From: Eukaryota sp. TZLM1-RC
Taxonomy: Eukaryota > Protista > Metamonada: BaSk clade
Length of the DNA: 64,000 bases
Direction of reading: 5' to 3'
Assembly (NCBI GenBank): GCA_040285825.1
Contig: JAUPSS010000002.1
Coordinates: 2,108,001-2,172,000 of the forward strand
Made by a program: the position numbers and the translations under genes. The notes beneath the pieces were generated by a model, which saw nothing but the letters and a program-made list of their open reading frames with translations, searched no databases and had not been told where the DNA came from. Below, in pieces: positions 44,741 through 59,700 of the stretch; positions within the stretch are counted from its first letter, which is position 1; each line of letters opens with the position of its first letter.

Positions 44741-45860
44741 ATAGTATTCTTTAGATAACTTAAGAAAAGAAGTGTCAAGTATGCTTCACTAATTATGGCA
44801 ATCATGTTTGATTGTAGGCATTCCAGTGATTTTGGAAAAAAGGTGATTTTCTTTAAAATATAAACACAATAAGAATTTATTTTATTCAACAACAAATATG
44901 AAAACATAAAATACACAATTAAAACTCCACATCCTCAAAACCTGCCTCCCCTACATCAAAACAATTAATTACCAAAGATTCGGAAAATATCCCAAAAGAA
45001 GAAAGTGAATCAGAAATCAGTTTCACCATTCCCTTAAAAATATAAAATACAATCCTGTTTTGCCAGTAAACGATTGAAAATTCTTCCAGTTCTTTCCTTT
45101 ACAACTACAACAAAATCCTCAAGGAAAGCCATAGCAGCCTTACCCAAAGATCCAAGCAAAGAAAAAAAGAAGGGACATAAATTATATTGGGCATAGTATT
45201 CTTTAGATAACTTAAGAAAAGAAGTGTCAAGTATGCTTCACTAATTATGGCAATCATGTTTGATTGTAGGCATTCCAGTGATTTTGGAAAAAAGGTGATT
45301 TTCTTTAAAATATAAACACAATAAGAATTTATTTTATTCAACAACAAATATGAAAACATAAAATACACAATTAAAACTCCACATCCTCAAAACCTGCCTC
45401 CCCTACATCAAAACAATTAATTACCAAAGATTCGGAAAATATCCCAAAAGAAGAAAGTGAATCAGAAATCAGTTTCACCATTCCCTTAAAAATATAAAAT
45501 ACAATCCTGTTTTGCCTGTAAACGATTGAAAATTCTTCCAGTTCTTTCCTTTACAACTACAACAAAATCCTCAAGGAAAGCCATAGCAGCCTTACCCAAA
45601 AATCCAAGCAAAGAAAAAACAAAGGGACATAAATTATATTGGGCATGAGAATTTTCATTAATCGAGGAAATGGGTTTCGCATATTTAGCAATTTCATATT
45701 TTTCGCCTGCAAGAAGAGGATTATTTACATCCGAGTTAATGAGATGTTCGTTAGAGGAATTACAAGGGTCAATAGGCATGGCGTCTAAAATAGTAAAACT
45801 ACCATTTGGACCGGGAACAACTAGATCACCTCTGCGTGGAAAAAATTTCGACATATTGTT
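44741..45860 (-). mobile_element. 3' end of a third RLE non-LTR family with a ~452-bp tandem duplication (44741-45192 / 45193-45645)
   Basis: RRGDLVVPG...ILDAMPIDPC...GEKYEIAKY...PFVFSL; exact-looking tandem copy. Confidence 0.8.
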
Positions 45861-47399
45861 TTAAAAACAATTGAAAGTAAAGATTTTTTTGATCGATTTA
45901 GCCCAGCTAAGGAAGGATGTTCAAGAATTTTCTGCTTTCGCACTATTTTGATTAATTTGAAGGAGAGTTCATCTGCTGTGTTATTGAAGCAAATTCCTCA
46001 AATTTATGGGATTTTTCAAATGATGATTAATAGACTACACTATGCAAAGGCCATGAAATATGTTTTCAGTAGGAGAGGAAATTATACAATTTCAACATCA
46101 ACTAATGACTTCATCAAAGGAGAGGAATCTCCACCTATATTGTAAAACACTCTTTGAGCAAGAGCAAGATCCACAGCCTCAACCTTTTACTAAGGCACTT
46201 ATACAAGCTGAACACAATTCCATTGGTCCACAAATTCATCCTAAAAGAAGGGCTTTTTTAATGATGAGTTTGTTGAATTAATCCTATAGCAAACTTGCTT
46301 CAGGACCTAAACGTCCATTGAAAAACTTGGACAACCAAACCATTGTTGAGGTCTCTGGATGTAGATGAATAGGTGGGAGACTCAAAATACGAAAAAACGA
46401 CTGATATTGCTGTTCTAATAAAGTTGAATGTCGTTGATATCGTCACAGTGAAATTGCTCTGAAAAAAGCCCAATCTTGAAGTAGGACCCTTAGGTGATTC
46501 AGAACTATACAAAAAGAAAAAATACACAAATTCTTTGAAATTGTTGAAACATGTCCATCATGTTGATTAAAAAATTTTTTATAAATAAAAACTTTGCATA
46601 ATTTGATGTTGCTCTGTATGGTCCTCTTGGCAAAACTGTCTTAAGTTTTATCGATGATTATGAGAAACTTTTAGAAACAAAGAATAACGTCTTCATCGTT
46701 GGATGTGGGTAAATCGTATTGTTTTTACAATTTTCAAAACATTACTTGATGACATTTCGATGGATGTGATGATGGCTTGTTTTGAAAATAATGATTTTTA
46801 GCTTTTGGTTAACTAGAGATTTTTATTTTAGTTCTACTTCCTGTTGAATTAATCATGGGCTCTTAGGGATTTCATCGACGAAGTACCAAGGAATTATTAC
46901 TTGTTTCTGGATAACCCTTGTTTTTTCACTATCTATGCGCTTTCGATCATTTATTTGGCCTGACAATCTCCCCCTGGTTCAAGTTTTTAATACTTCATTC
47001 CAAACCATTTATTTGATTTTTATCGTTTAATTACTTAAAGATCAAAAGTTTATAATGTAGACATGATCATGTGTAAGTCGTTCAAGATTAAATCTTGTTT
47101 TAGGTCCTTTGCTTTCAAATTTGGCTGATGAATCTGACAGAATTTCTTTTGGTGAAAGTTGCGGAGATGTGTTAGTTCCAAATCTTTATTGGTCAACGAT
47201 TATTATTGATGTGAGATCTACAGATGTATCAAATAGTTCAAATGAAAAGCTTACACTCTCTTTTAATTCACCTTACAGAGGCCACAATAGTATTACATAG
47301 GTTACAAAAATACTGTACAAATTGATACTTCAAACGATTGATGGAACGTCAGTCGCTGCTCTGACATCAGACTTGTCCTTTAACTCCAAAGGAAACACA

Positions 47400-49345
47400 A
47401 TTTATTGAATTTGCACACTTGATTAAATTAAATCAAAACTAATGGGACGACTATCATTAAACCAAGATTTCCTCTACAAAATCTTGATTTGCTTGCTGTC
47501 TAGCTAAAGCTTCTCTAATTCGATTGAAAAACCGCGGTAATCTATTAATAATGGCAAATTGAATCCGTGAACGCCATAAAAAAATATCAAATCTTTTCAT
47601 TGTTTTTTCTTTCACCATTTTTTGGAAGTCATCCAAAAAAGTTTCTGCTTCAACTGATAATCTTCCATTTATCGAAAATGGGAAAGCAATAAAAACCAGC
47701 TGTGTATTTCTATCGACATTTGCATCTTCAATTTCTTTATCATATTTTCTATGTTTTTCTTTTGCTTTAAAATCCAGAGCAGCCACAGGATTAAGTTTTC
47801 TTCTGTGAACCAAAGTATCGTTTGCAACATTACATGAGACAAAAGTCAACAATAGCTTCAGAATTATCAATCCAATCACAGTATACATCACCTCTATCAT
47901 CAGAACCAAAATTATTCAGAGAAAGTGTTTCTTTCAGCAGGGGCTCTTTGATACACGATATCCTTGCAGTTTGTGCCATATTGAAAACATTGTCTCTAAC
48001 AGCATCATGTAATGAAGAACGATAAGTTATCAATTTAGAGCAATTTAGAGCATGGCGCAAAAGTGAGTTGAGGTGAATTCGAACAAATACATTTTTCTTT
48101 TGATAATAATTGGTTAATGGGGATGTTCAAATATAATCTCATTTTTGTTACAAATGCTTCATTAGTGGCACACAATCCAAATCTTCGTGGTACAATGGTT
48201 ACAAAAAGTGAAGAATCTGACGCCTTGTTTTCACAAACACCCTTTTCCAATAACAATGAGTGAAGATCTTGATTTAAAACAGCCGAGCTGCAAATATTAT
48301 TATAAAGATCTTTTTCATACATTCCAGTCAATCTTTTCTGTAATGTTCGAAGAGTGTACTTCAAATTTAAAACATTTTTTTCTGGAATATTGCCATTGAA
48401 TGATTGGGGAAAACATCGACCCCATTTTTCTCATCAATTCTTGAAATTTCTTCATTTAATGCAAAAACAGTGGAACTTTGCGTTGTCATCAATAAATCTT
48501 CCCAATCTGCAAATCTTTCGGAAAACTCAAAGATTGCATTTCTGCATCCACCAACAAAAGCACACGAGGTAAGAATAGAAGCCTTCGTCCACCCTAAACC
48601 ACCATAATGTGGACTAAGGTAAGCATGATCTGGAATTTGAAACATTTTACATCCCAGTAATTGAGACAGAACTTTTGCACGTAACTCATTAAACTTTTGA
48701 GCCAAAGGTCTAGTGACGAGAGGATTTGTAGATCGAAATATATGATTAAAATTGGAACTAAAACACAGTTTTATAATGGTAAATTTGATGTGTTTTTTTA
48801 TATCTAAATTCATCATTCGGTCAATTTTGTCAGAAATTGAGTTCAACTTTTCAAACAATTTTTTGGTAATTTCATCATTATTTCCTAAAAACGAACCCAA
48901 ATGACGAATAGCATCAATTGAATATAATTTGGCTTGAATTTCAATATCATCAATTATTGTGGAAACTGGAGAATTCGATAACAAAAACACATTTAAGTAA
49001 ATTAAGTCGGAGACCAATTTTGGTAAATAATTCTTTAAAACATACAGTTGCTTTTTTCACAATATTTAAATCACCAATAAGCACAACATCATCCATATAT
49101 GCAATCATTTTTAGTGAAGGAAACATCTCTTGAATTTGCAGTAGAATAGGATGGATGGCCAAACAAAACAAAAGAGGTCCTAACGGATCTCCTTGCTTTA
49201 CGCCACTTGATGAACTCAAAATGTTGTTACCAAAATGTAAATTAGAATATGTGCAATAAGTTGATTGAAAATATGGTATTAATTCCGGCATATATTGCAA
49301 TAGAGCACCATGGATACTGCGACGACTTAGTGAATTGAAAGCATT
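47400..49345 (-). mobile_element. Non-LTR family 2, longer copy including RT core; frameshifted
   Basis: NAFNSLSR, GVKQGDPLGPLLFCL, IAYMDDV, then the same zinc motif and RLE as 15438-16964; uninterrupted 3' end with AATAAA. Confidence 0.93.
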
Positions 49346-49359
49346 ACTCCAAAGGAAAC

Positions 49360-50490
49360 AATTTCATTTACAATTTAGATTTTAGCAACGCTTTTAATAG
49401 TGTAAAAAAAGCAATTTACGAAATAATTCAAAAAGATTTCCCAGAACTATTTATCCCAGAACTATTTATCCCAGAACATTATTTCCATTTGTTTTACGGT
49501 AAGCCCAGTGAATTAGTACATGATGTTTTTTCTCTCAAGTCTTCATCAGGTGTAAAACAAAGATCATCCTTTAGGCCCATTATCATTCTGCATAGCAATC
49601 CAAGAATCATTGATTGTCTTTATAGAAAAATACCCTTCTCTAAAAATTGTAGCTTACATGGATGACATCTCCCTTATCGCTTCTGTTGATGTTGTCCAAA
49701 AAGCTTCAAATGAAATTGCTAAACAATATGAAATCATTGGTCTTCACTTGAATCCTAAAAAATGTTTATTAATTGGTAATGATTTCAAAGAGTTAAATTC
49801 AAAAAATAAATAATTGTAAGATTTTTTTACCAATTATTCACAAGAAGCTTTTCGTTTTCTAGAATGTTGGTTAGGAAATGTTGATGAAACTACTCAAAGT
49901 CTTAACGAAATTGTTGCAAAACTTGGTAATGAGCTTCAATTAATTTCTGAATTAGAAATAGAAAAACATATCAAATTTTTTATTTTAAAAATTTGTTACT
50001 GCCGAAAAATTACTAACTTATTGAGGTCGACAGCACCTTCATTGTCTATCGATCTACTGATGTATCAAACAGGTCAAATGAAAAACTGGCACAACCTTAT
50101 AATTCACCTTTACGAAGAGCCGAAGAAGCGAAAATTATCAAGTACACAGAAAAAATCAAAAACTTGAATTTCCAACTGACAAACTCATTACCTTCTTTGT
50201 CCTTTTGCTTTTTCTTTAGTTGAAACCTTGGGTAAAACTGCGTTATCTTTTTTGGACAATTTCTCATCTATTGTCAAAAATAGAACTGGAAGAATAGTTG
50301 ACCGAACTATTTGGCAAAACAGAATTGTATTTTCTATTTTTATGGGAATCTATAGTCTTGTTTCTAGCTCGTTGTTATCACTAGGAAAAATTTATGAAGA
50401 AAATGCTGTAGGTAAGTTTTCAATAGCAGATGTGGAGTTTGAGGAGATTGATTATTAGTTTTTTATAATTTTGTTTGAATAAAATATGTA
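49360..50490 (+). mobile_element. Non-LTR RT-RLE element (another family), internally deleted
   Basis: LDFSNAFNSV, GVKQ, VAYMDDISL, GLHLNPKKC, then a jump to AEEAKIIKY...WQNRIVFSIF. Confidence 0.85.
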
Positions 50491-50753
50491 TCGAAAAAAA
50501 ATTGATATTTTAAATACCAATTCACATACACAATATTTTCTTTGTCCTTTTGCCTTGTATAAAAGGATGTAGGTAAGTCTTCGATAGTGGTCGTGGAGTT
50601 TGAGGATTTTTTAGTGTTAAAAATTACCTTTTGGAAAATAAAAAATATACCTTAAAAAATTAGGTAATATATGATAGAACAAAAACAAAAACAAAATTTA
50701 ATAAAACAAACAAGGCATAACTTATTTTCAAAACAAAACAAAAACTATTTAAA

Positions 50754-53700
50754 CTATATGTTTCCAGGAAGTGTTGGTCTTTCAATAGGCTTTAACCTAA
50801 CATTACCACGTTTCTGACTACTTGGAGCTACAGTTTTTTTGTACTTTTTGGTTGGTTGATTCCTTAAACTTGGTAGTGTTTGCCCAGACATGAGGGTATG
50901 TAAACGTGTAGGAGCAACTGTTTTTGAAGTGCTTGGCGAAGAAAATGAAGGTAATATGTGAGGAACTTCCTTACTCTTGGACAATGAAGGAAGACCATTC
51001 TTCCTTGGTGGACTTTGGCCACTGATTGGGGGTAATGATTTACGTTCGCTTAGCTCTTCAATAGCTGGAAGAGTAGCTTTTGTGTTGGATTTACTGAAAA
51101 GTTTGACTAACTGAGAGGTTGGTCCATCAATTTGAGCATCTAAGGACTCGACCTTGATAAATGATCGCTTTCTGTACCAAAAAACACCTAGACTCGAAAG
51201 TAACAAAATCGCAAAGAATAAACCAAGATAAAGCACGAACATGCTTGCAGGACTGAACTCAGCAGGATTGACAAGAACAACAAGAACAAACTCATTGTTA
51301 GACAGCAGACGACTAGAGAGCTCCAATACAACCAGGGTTGGTACTGGAACATTTGGGAGCTTGACAGGCAGAGAACCAGAAAACTCAACATTATCGCTTG
51401 AACCAAATTGTCGAATACTGGCACGGGTTTTGGGTTTTTCAACAAGAGAATGTACCAAAGAGTGTCCTTTGGTACATCCATCCATATAAAGGGATGGGTC
51501 GTCTTGAGATCTATCAAAATTTAAAATAGAGCAAACCCGCACCGAACTGAAAATGGAATCTTCAACTGACGACAGTATTGAGGAATCAGTGTGACCAATG
51601 AAATGGATATATGCTTGTGAACCTGAATTATAAGGACCTTCATTATGTTCAGTGTACATCTTGTCAAATTCCATAGAATTAGACGACATTGTTGTTTCAG
51701 GTGAGGTGATGGCACTAAACTTATCATTAATAAAATGATTACGTGGTAGGGGAAGGCTGGTAAGATTCATGGAGATAAATTGACCAGACACATTTTCTAT
51801 TGAGAAATTGTAAAACCCAAAGCACAGCGGTAACTGAGTTTGTGGAATTGAAAACATCATTTGATAACTACGTTCTGAAATTTTGATCAGATCAGTAGCA
51901 ATAGGAGAATATTGAACTTCAACAAGGTCAAACAGGGAGTTGAACACTACTGAAAAATGTTCACCGTGTGTAATTACCCTCACATCAACGACATTCATTG
52001 AAGATGGAAGCCTCCTTTTAATACAGTGATTGTCCACACACTCTGAAAAGGTAACGTTATTAATAACAATGAGAGAATTTAAGACAAAATGAAAGCTTTT
52101 TTCAAAAAGTATAACGTCACGAGCTGAAGCATTGACCAAATGAACATAAGTATCACCAAAAAATTGAATAAAAGGAGTGTCATTACGAAACGAAAATTTG
52201 ATACCTATATTATCACAAGAAAGTAAATCAGAATGAGAAAACGAAGTAGAATATCTGACAAGATGACAACCAGCTGCTTCTTGGTGCCAAATGTTTGAAT
52301 CTCCATAAGCAGGATAATACTCCGAATTCAAAGCAGTTGAAATATTGGAATGAGGTGCAGAACGTGAGAAATGACTTCTTTGGTAATTTTCAAAACTGAC
52401 CTTGTTGGAACATTGAGATACATTGTTGAGAGAGTTCCAAGTGAAAGGATGAAAGTCAATGTAAAAGGTAGTACCATCACGAGAGTATGGGACAAAAATA
52501 TCAAAAAATAAGCTGTCAAAGTCATTAGTGATCAATTCAAACTGATAGTTGAGAGGTGACAGAGTATCAACGAGTCTACACAATTCACAGGTACCATATA
52601 ACCAATTTTCGTAGTCAACGAATCTAGGAAAACCTCCTAATACTGCCGAGTCGCAAAAGTCAATGTCTATCGTCCATCCACAATTGCTATGGGAGACACA
52701 CCGCTCACAACTAGTTATTTCAGCACATGTTAGAGCACAATCATCATCGTGGAAGCAGTTACAATCCTCAGCAACACAAACGCCCGAGTCCATGACTAGG
52801 ATGCCTTGTCCTACGATGGGTCCCATTAGTTCATTATCAAAGGGACCAGGTTTCAAGGCTACTGTTGAGTGCAATGGAATATGCAATATAGATTGATTTG
52901 ATTTGAAATAAAGAGAATTGACTGAGACGTTCAGTTGAGTTCTAACAACCCCACTGTGAACAGTAATTGAAGAAATTGACGAATTTGACGACATGACAAC
53001 AGCTTGGTTATCACAATATTCAAACCAAAAAACGTCATCAGAATAGTTACCATGGTGACCAGTACATGAAATATTTAATGAAAAAGGTTTAACGTGTGAA
53101 ACATTGGAAGCTAAAACTACATGGCCTCCAGTAACCTCAATGTTAGTAGAAATTACATAAGATATTGTTGCATTTGCACCTGAAAACAGAACAGAACCGA
53201 CAAAGTATGAAAGAGGATAATTGAAGTGAGCGATTCCTTCTGATAATTCCAGTACAGACAGATCAGGATCATCACACGAGAGGACTTGTCCATGATTTAT
53301 TAAACCATATTTAGAAAACACAACTCTGGTAGAACAAAGGACTAGAATGTGGTTATTAGTAAGCAAAGGTTCGATAAACAACTCATGTGATGATGAGAAA
53401 TCAATAATGCCGTCATTAATTATATGGGATAAAGTACTACCAATGAATGAACACTGATTAAAACACAATGTAGATAGGATTGACCCTGAAGAAAGAGTTA
53501 AGTAGCTTCCATTTAACTCAATGTTACCCCCAAACCATGACATCTCGACGCCTGAAAGTAGAATAAAGGATCCATTACCAAAGAGACTGAGGTCATCCGA
53601 AACAGAAAAATTGTGATGGAAATTGAAAACAGAATTGTCAGCAACAAAGATACAATGTCTTTGAAGTATACGGTTAAAGGTAAATTCATTGTAACTAGTA

Positions 53701-56700
53701 ACTGTAGAAGAAACACATTGAAAATCCCCTTCAACAGTAAAATCATGTGTGCTTTGCAAAGAGCTATTTGTACAATGTAAATGAGGAACCTGAAATGAAA
53801 AGGCTTCAACTGACAAAGTAGTATTAGAGAATGCAAGTAAATGAACATCAAGTACTTCTTGCAATATAGATTTACTATTCGTCAAAGATAGAGTCCAATC
53901 ACCAAAAATAGAAGATTTGGGCAGTGTAAATAAATTTCCAATTAATGAAAGATCGTTAAGCAAATGTAAAGATCCATTGACAACGAAATCTCCACTAATA
54001 GTAGCATTGGATTTAATCATAAGCACTCCCCCCTCTGGTATCAAAACATAAGTTAGCTGTAACACTTCTACATTAACACTAGATAAGCCATCAACAACTA
54101 CAATAGAACTGTTATCAAGGCAGTAGATACCAGAAAAAAGGTGGTTAAAAGAAACATTGCTAGTAGGGGACAAAATAAAGCTTGAATTGATCAATGAAAA
54201 ACGACCAAACTGGAAGGTTGAAGATTGAAGTAACAAAATTTCAGAATTTGTTAGTTCAAAATTGACATCTGACAACTCAACAGTTTCAACTTCAATCAGT
54301 GAATCAATTACGCTGCATTTCTCAAAAAAAGCTGTTGAAACAAAAACTGTAGAAAGTTCAACAGATGAATCAATAACAGAAAGAGTACTCACATTTAGGA
54401 TATTTGAAGAGGAAACAAAACCATTATTGAAAACAATCAAATTAACAACTGTCAGGTGAGAATTCAACGAAAAACAAGATAATCGGCAGCCATCACAAGA
54501 AACGTTGCTTTTTGGATTTAAAATCGATCCAAAGGAATAAACTATCAAACTGGAATAAGAGAACAAACTAGGGGTTGAGGTAAGAGATTCAATTGTGCAA
54601 TTGAGTTCCAAACTGTCATGGAACTTCATTGTTCCATTACTAACAATACAAATATCATTAACAGAAAATAACTTTGCTTCAGCCAATGAAGACAGAATGG
54701 AATCTGAATCCACAAAAAGTGTACCATCAAATGTTGAGAGCGAATCAAAAAAATAGACACTTGATTGAATAAGAGTAATATTTCCAAAAGAGTAACAGAC
54801 CGTGAATACATTTAAAACCTGACAAGAGTTCAATAAGACAGAACCATTGATGAAAAACTGGGATTCTCCGGCAGAGAACATATTCAATTCGGATGCTCTC
54901 ACACTTAGAAGGCCAGTAGCTGAAATCGTCAGCTGGGAATCATGTAGGTTCAAATCATTAGTTAACCAATCAACACCACCGGATATTACAAGGAAATGAT
55001 ACTCAATTTCCCGAGATTTAGTGTTGAAAGATGAATTATCATCAAAAATACCAGAATTAGTGACAAAAGTAGTGGAAACTTGAGAATCTGAAGAGAGCAA
55101 ACCACTAGTCCAATGATAGTTTTCAGCTTGAATATCGGTATTTCCTGTTCTGGTTCCATCATAATGATTGAAAGTGGTGATCTGAACTGTATTTGGACAG
55201 CTGACATTAAATACAGAATCTTGAGTTAAATCAAGCACTAATAACTCAAGATTACAATTATCATTGGTTAATTCAAATAGAGCAGAATCTTCAAGTAAAA
55301 TTTCAGTGGTTGAAGTATTAATAGAGGCAAAATCTTCCAAAACAAAACTAGAATCATCACTTAAAACTAATTTACTACTTGACAAGGTGATAGAAGAACT
55401 TTCATTTAAGTGAATAAAACCATTATTTGTAACAATTAAATCATTAATTTGATGAATAACCGATGAACCTCTACCATTAACCAAACCTCCGTCAATTTCA
55501 AAAATGGAGATAACATCAACATTGGCGGTTTCATCAAAAACAAGCAAACCATCAGCAATTTTGATGGAAAGTGACTTGGTATCAGAATTATCAGTAAATT
55601 CAACACTTCCATCAATTAGTTTTAGATTAGCATTTTCAATGGTGGAATCATCATGAAACTTTGCAAAACTGTTTGAATCTACAATTAAATCACCATCTAA
55701 ATCAAAGGTTCCAGCCACTTTCAATTGGGAATTAGGAGTCTTCATTAAAATATCTGAGTTTCCATTAATTAAACCATCAGCTTCCACAATTAATTCATCA
55801 TTAATATTTAGAATAGAGTCAACAGTAAGGAAGCCATTTAAAATTCTTGATGTGTGTTCAAGATTGAGAGAACCAGAATTCACAACAAACTCACCAGAAT
55901 TATCAAATAAACAGTTGATTGTTAAATCAAAACCACAATTCTTGGAAACTTGGCCATTATTGACAAAGATGGATGTATCATCATTAGTAGATACTTTAGC
56001 ATTTGAATCAACATCAATACTGAAAACACCATTTGAATTAACTTCCAAACGAGCATTATTTAAAAGGTTCAAATCATTAGTTAACCAATCAACACCACCA
56101 GATATTCCAAGGAGATGGTTGTCAATTTCCCGAGATTTAGTGTTGAAAGATGAATTATCATCAAAAATACCAGAATTAGTGACAAAAGTAGTGGAAACTT
56201 GAGAATCTGAAGAGAGCAAACCACTAGTCCAATGATAGTTTTCAGCTTGAATATCGGTATTTCCTGTTCTTGTTCCATCATAATGATTGAAAGTGGTGAT
56301 CTGAACTGTATTTGGACAGCTGACATTAAATACAGAATCTTGAGTTAAATCAAGCACTAATAACTCAAGATTACAATTATCATTGGTTAATTCAAATAGA
56401 GCAGAATCTTCAAGTAAAATTTCAGTGATTGAAGTATTAATAGAGGCAAAATCATCCAAAACAAAACTAGAATCATCACTTAAAACTAATTTACTACTGG
56501 ACAAGGTGATAGAAGAACTTTCATTTAAGTAAATAAAACCATTATTTGTAACAATTAAATCATTAATTTGATGAATAACCGATGAACCTCTACCATTAAC
56601 CAAACCTCCGTCAATTTCAAAAATGGAGATAACATCAACATTGGCGGTTTCATCAAAAACAAGCAAACCATCGGTAATTTTGATGGAAAGTGACTTGGTA

Positions 56701-59700
56701 TCAGAATTATCAGTAAATTCAACACTTCCATCAATTAGTTTTAGATTAGCATTTTCAATGGTGGAATCATCATGAAACTTTGCAAAACTGTTTGAATCTA
56801 CAATTAAATCACCATCTAAATCAAAGGTTCCAGCTACTTTCAATTGGGAATTAGGAGTCTTCATTACAATATCTGAATTTCCATTAATTAAACCATCAGC
56901 TTCCACAATTAATTGATCATTAACATTTAGAATAGAGTCAACAGTAAGGAAGCCATTTAAAATTCTTGATGTGTGTTCAAGATTGAGAGAACCAGAATTC
57001 ACAACAAACTCACCAGAATTATCAAATAAAGAATTGATTGTTAAATCAAAACCACAATTCTTGGAAACTTGGCCATTATTGACAAAGATAGAATTATCAT
57101 CATTAGTAGATACTTTAGCATTTGAATCAACATCAATACTGAAAACACCATTTGAATTGACTTCCAAACGAGCATTATTTAAAAGGTTCAAATCATTAGT
57201 TAACCAATCAACACCACCAGATATTACAAGGAGATGGTTGTCAATTTCCCGAGATTTAGTGTTGAAAGATGAATTATCATCAAAAATACCAGAATTAGTG
57301 ACAAAAGTAGTGGAAACTTGAGAATCTGAAGAGAGCAAACCACTAGTCCAATGATAGTTTTCAGCTTGAATATCGGTATTTCCTGTTCTGGTTCCATCAT
57401 AATGATTGAAAGTGGTGATCTGAACTGTATTTGGACAGCTGACATTAAATACAGAATCTTGAGTTAAATCAAGCACTAATAACTCAAGATTACAATTATC
57501 ATTGGTTAATTCAAATAGAGCAGAATCTTCAAGTAAAATTTCAGTGATTGAAGTATTAATAGAGGCAAAATCTTCCAAAACAAAACTAGAATCATCACTT
57601 AAAACTAATTTACTACTGGACAAGGTGATAGAAGAACTTTCATTTAAGTGAATAAAACCATTATTTGTAACAATTAAATCATTAATTTGATGAATAACCG
57701 ATGAACCTCTACCATTAACCAAACCTCCGTCAATTTCAAAAATGGAGATAACATCAACATTGGCGGTTTCATCAAAAACAAGCAAACCATCGGTAATTTT
57801 GATGGAAAGTGACTTGGTATCAGAATTATCAGTAAATTCAACACTTCCATCAATTAGTTTTAGATTAGCATTTTCAATGGTGGAATCATCATGAAACTTT
57901 GCAAAACTGTTTGAATCTACAATTAAATCACCATCTAAATCAAAGGTTCCAGCTACTTTCAATTGGGAATTAGGAGTCTTCATTAAAATATCTGAATTTC
58001 CATTAATTAAACCATCAGCTTCCACAATTAATTCATCATTAATATTTAGAATAGAGTCAACAGTAAGGAAGCCATTTAAAATTCTTGATGTGTGTTCAAG
58101 ATTGAGAGAACCAGAACTCACAACAAACTCACCAGAATTATCAAATAAACAGTTGATTGTTAAATCAAAACCACAATTCTTGGAAACTTGGCCATTATTG
58201 ACAAAGATGGATGTATCATCATTAGTAGATACTTTAGCATTTGAATCAACATCAATACTGAAAACACCATTTGAATTAACTTCCAAACGAGCATTATTTA
58301 AAAGGTTCAAATCATTAGTTAACCAATCAACATCACCAGATAATACAAGGAAATGGTTGTCAATTTCCCGAGATTTAGTGTTGAAAGATGAATTATCATC
58401 AAAAATACCAGAATTAGTGACAAAAGTAGTGGAAACTTGAGAATCTGAAGAGAGCAAACCACTAGTCCAATGATAGTTTTCAGCTTGAATATCGGTATTT
58501 CCTGTTCTGGTTCCATCATAATGATTGAAAGTGGTGATCTGAACTGTATTTGGACAGCTGACATTAAATACAGAATCTTGAGTTAAATCAAGCACTAATA
58601 ACTCAAGATTACAATTATCATTGGTTAATTCAAATAGAGCAGAATCTTCAAGTAAAATTTCAGTGATTGAAGTATTAATAGAGGCAAAATCTTCCAAAAC
58701 AAAACTAGAATCATCACTTAAAACTAATTTACTACTGGACAAGGTGATAGAAGAACTTTCATTTAAGTGAATAAAACCATTATTTGTAACAATTAAATCA
58801 TTAATTTGATGAATAACCGATGAACCTCTACCATTAACCAAACCTCCGTCAATTTCAAAAATGGAGATAACATCAACATTGGCGGTTTCATCAAAAACAA
58901 GCAAACCATCGGTAATTTTGATGGAAAGTGACTTGGTATCAGAATTATCAGTAAATTCAACACTTCCATCAATTAGTTTTAGATTAGCATTTTCAATGGT
59001 GGAATCATCATGAAACTTTGCAAAACTGTTTGAATCTACAATTAAATCACCATCTAAATCAAAGGTTCCAGCCACTTTCAATTGGGAATTAGGAGTCTTC
59101 ATTAAAATATCTGAGTTTCCATTAATTAAAACCATCAGCTTCCACAATTAATTCATCATTAATATTTAGAATAGAGTCAACAGTAAGGAAGCCATTTAAA
59201 ATTCTTGATGTGTGTTCAAGATTGAGAGAACCAGAACTCACAACAAACTCACCAGAATTATCAAATAAACAGTTGATTGTTAAATCAAAACCACAATTCT
59301 TGGAAACTTGGCCATTATTGACAAAGATGGATGTATCATCATTAGTAGATACTTTTAGCATTTGAATCAACATCAATACTGAAAACACCATTTGAATTGA
59401 CTTCCAAACGAGCATTATTTAAAAGGTTCAAATCATTAGTTAACCAATCAACACCACCAGATATTACAAGGAGATGGTTGTCAATTTCCCGAGATTTAGT
59501 GTTGAAAGATGAATTATCATCAAAAATACCAGAATTAGTGACAAAAGTAGTGGAAACTTGAGAATCTGAAGAGAGCAAACCACTAGTCCAATGATAGTTT
59601 TCAGCTTGAATATCGGTATTTCCTGTTCTTGTTCCATCATAATGATTGAAAGTGGTGATCTGAACTGTATTTGGACAGCTGACATTAAATACAGAATCTT

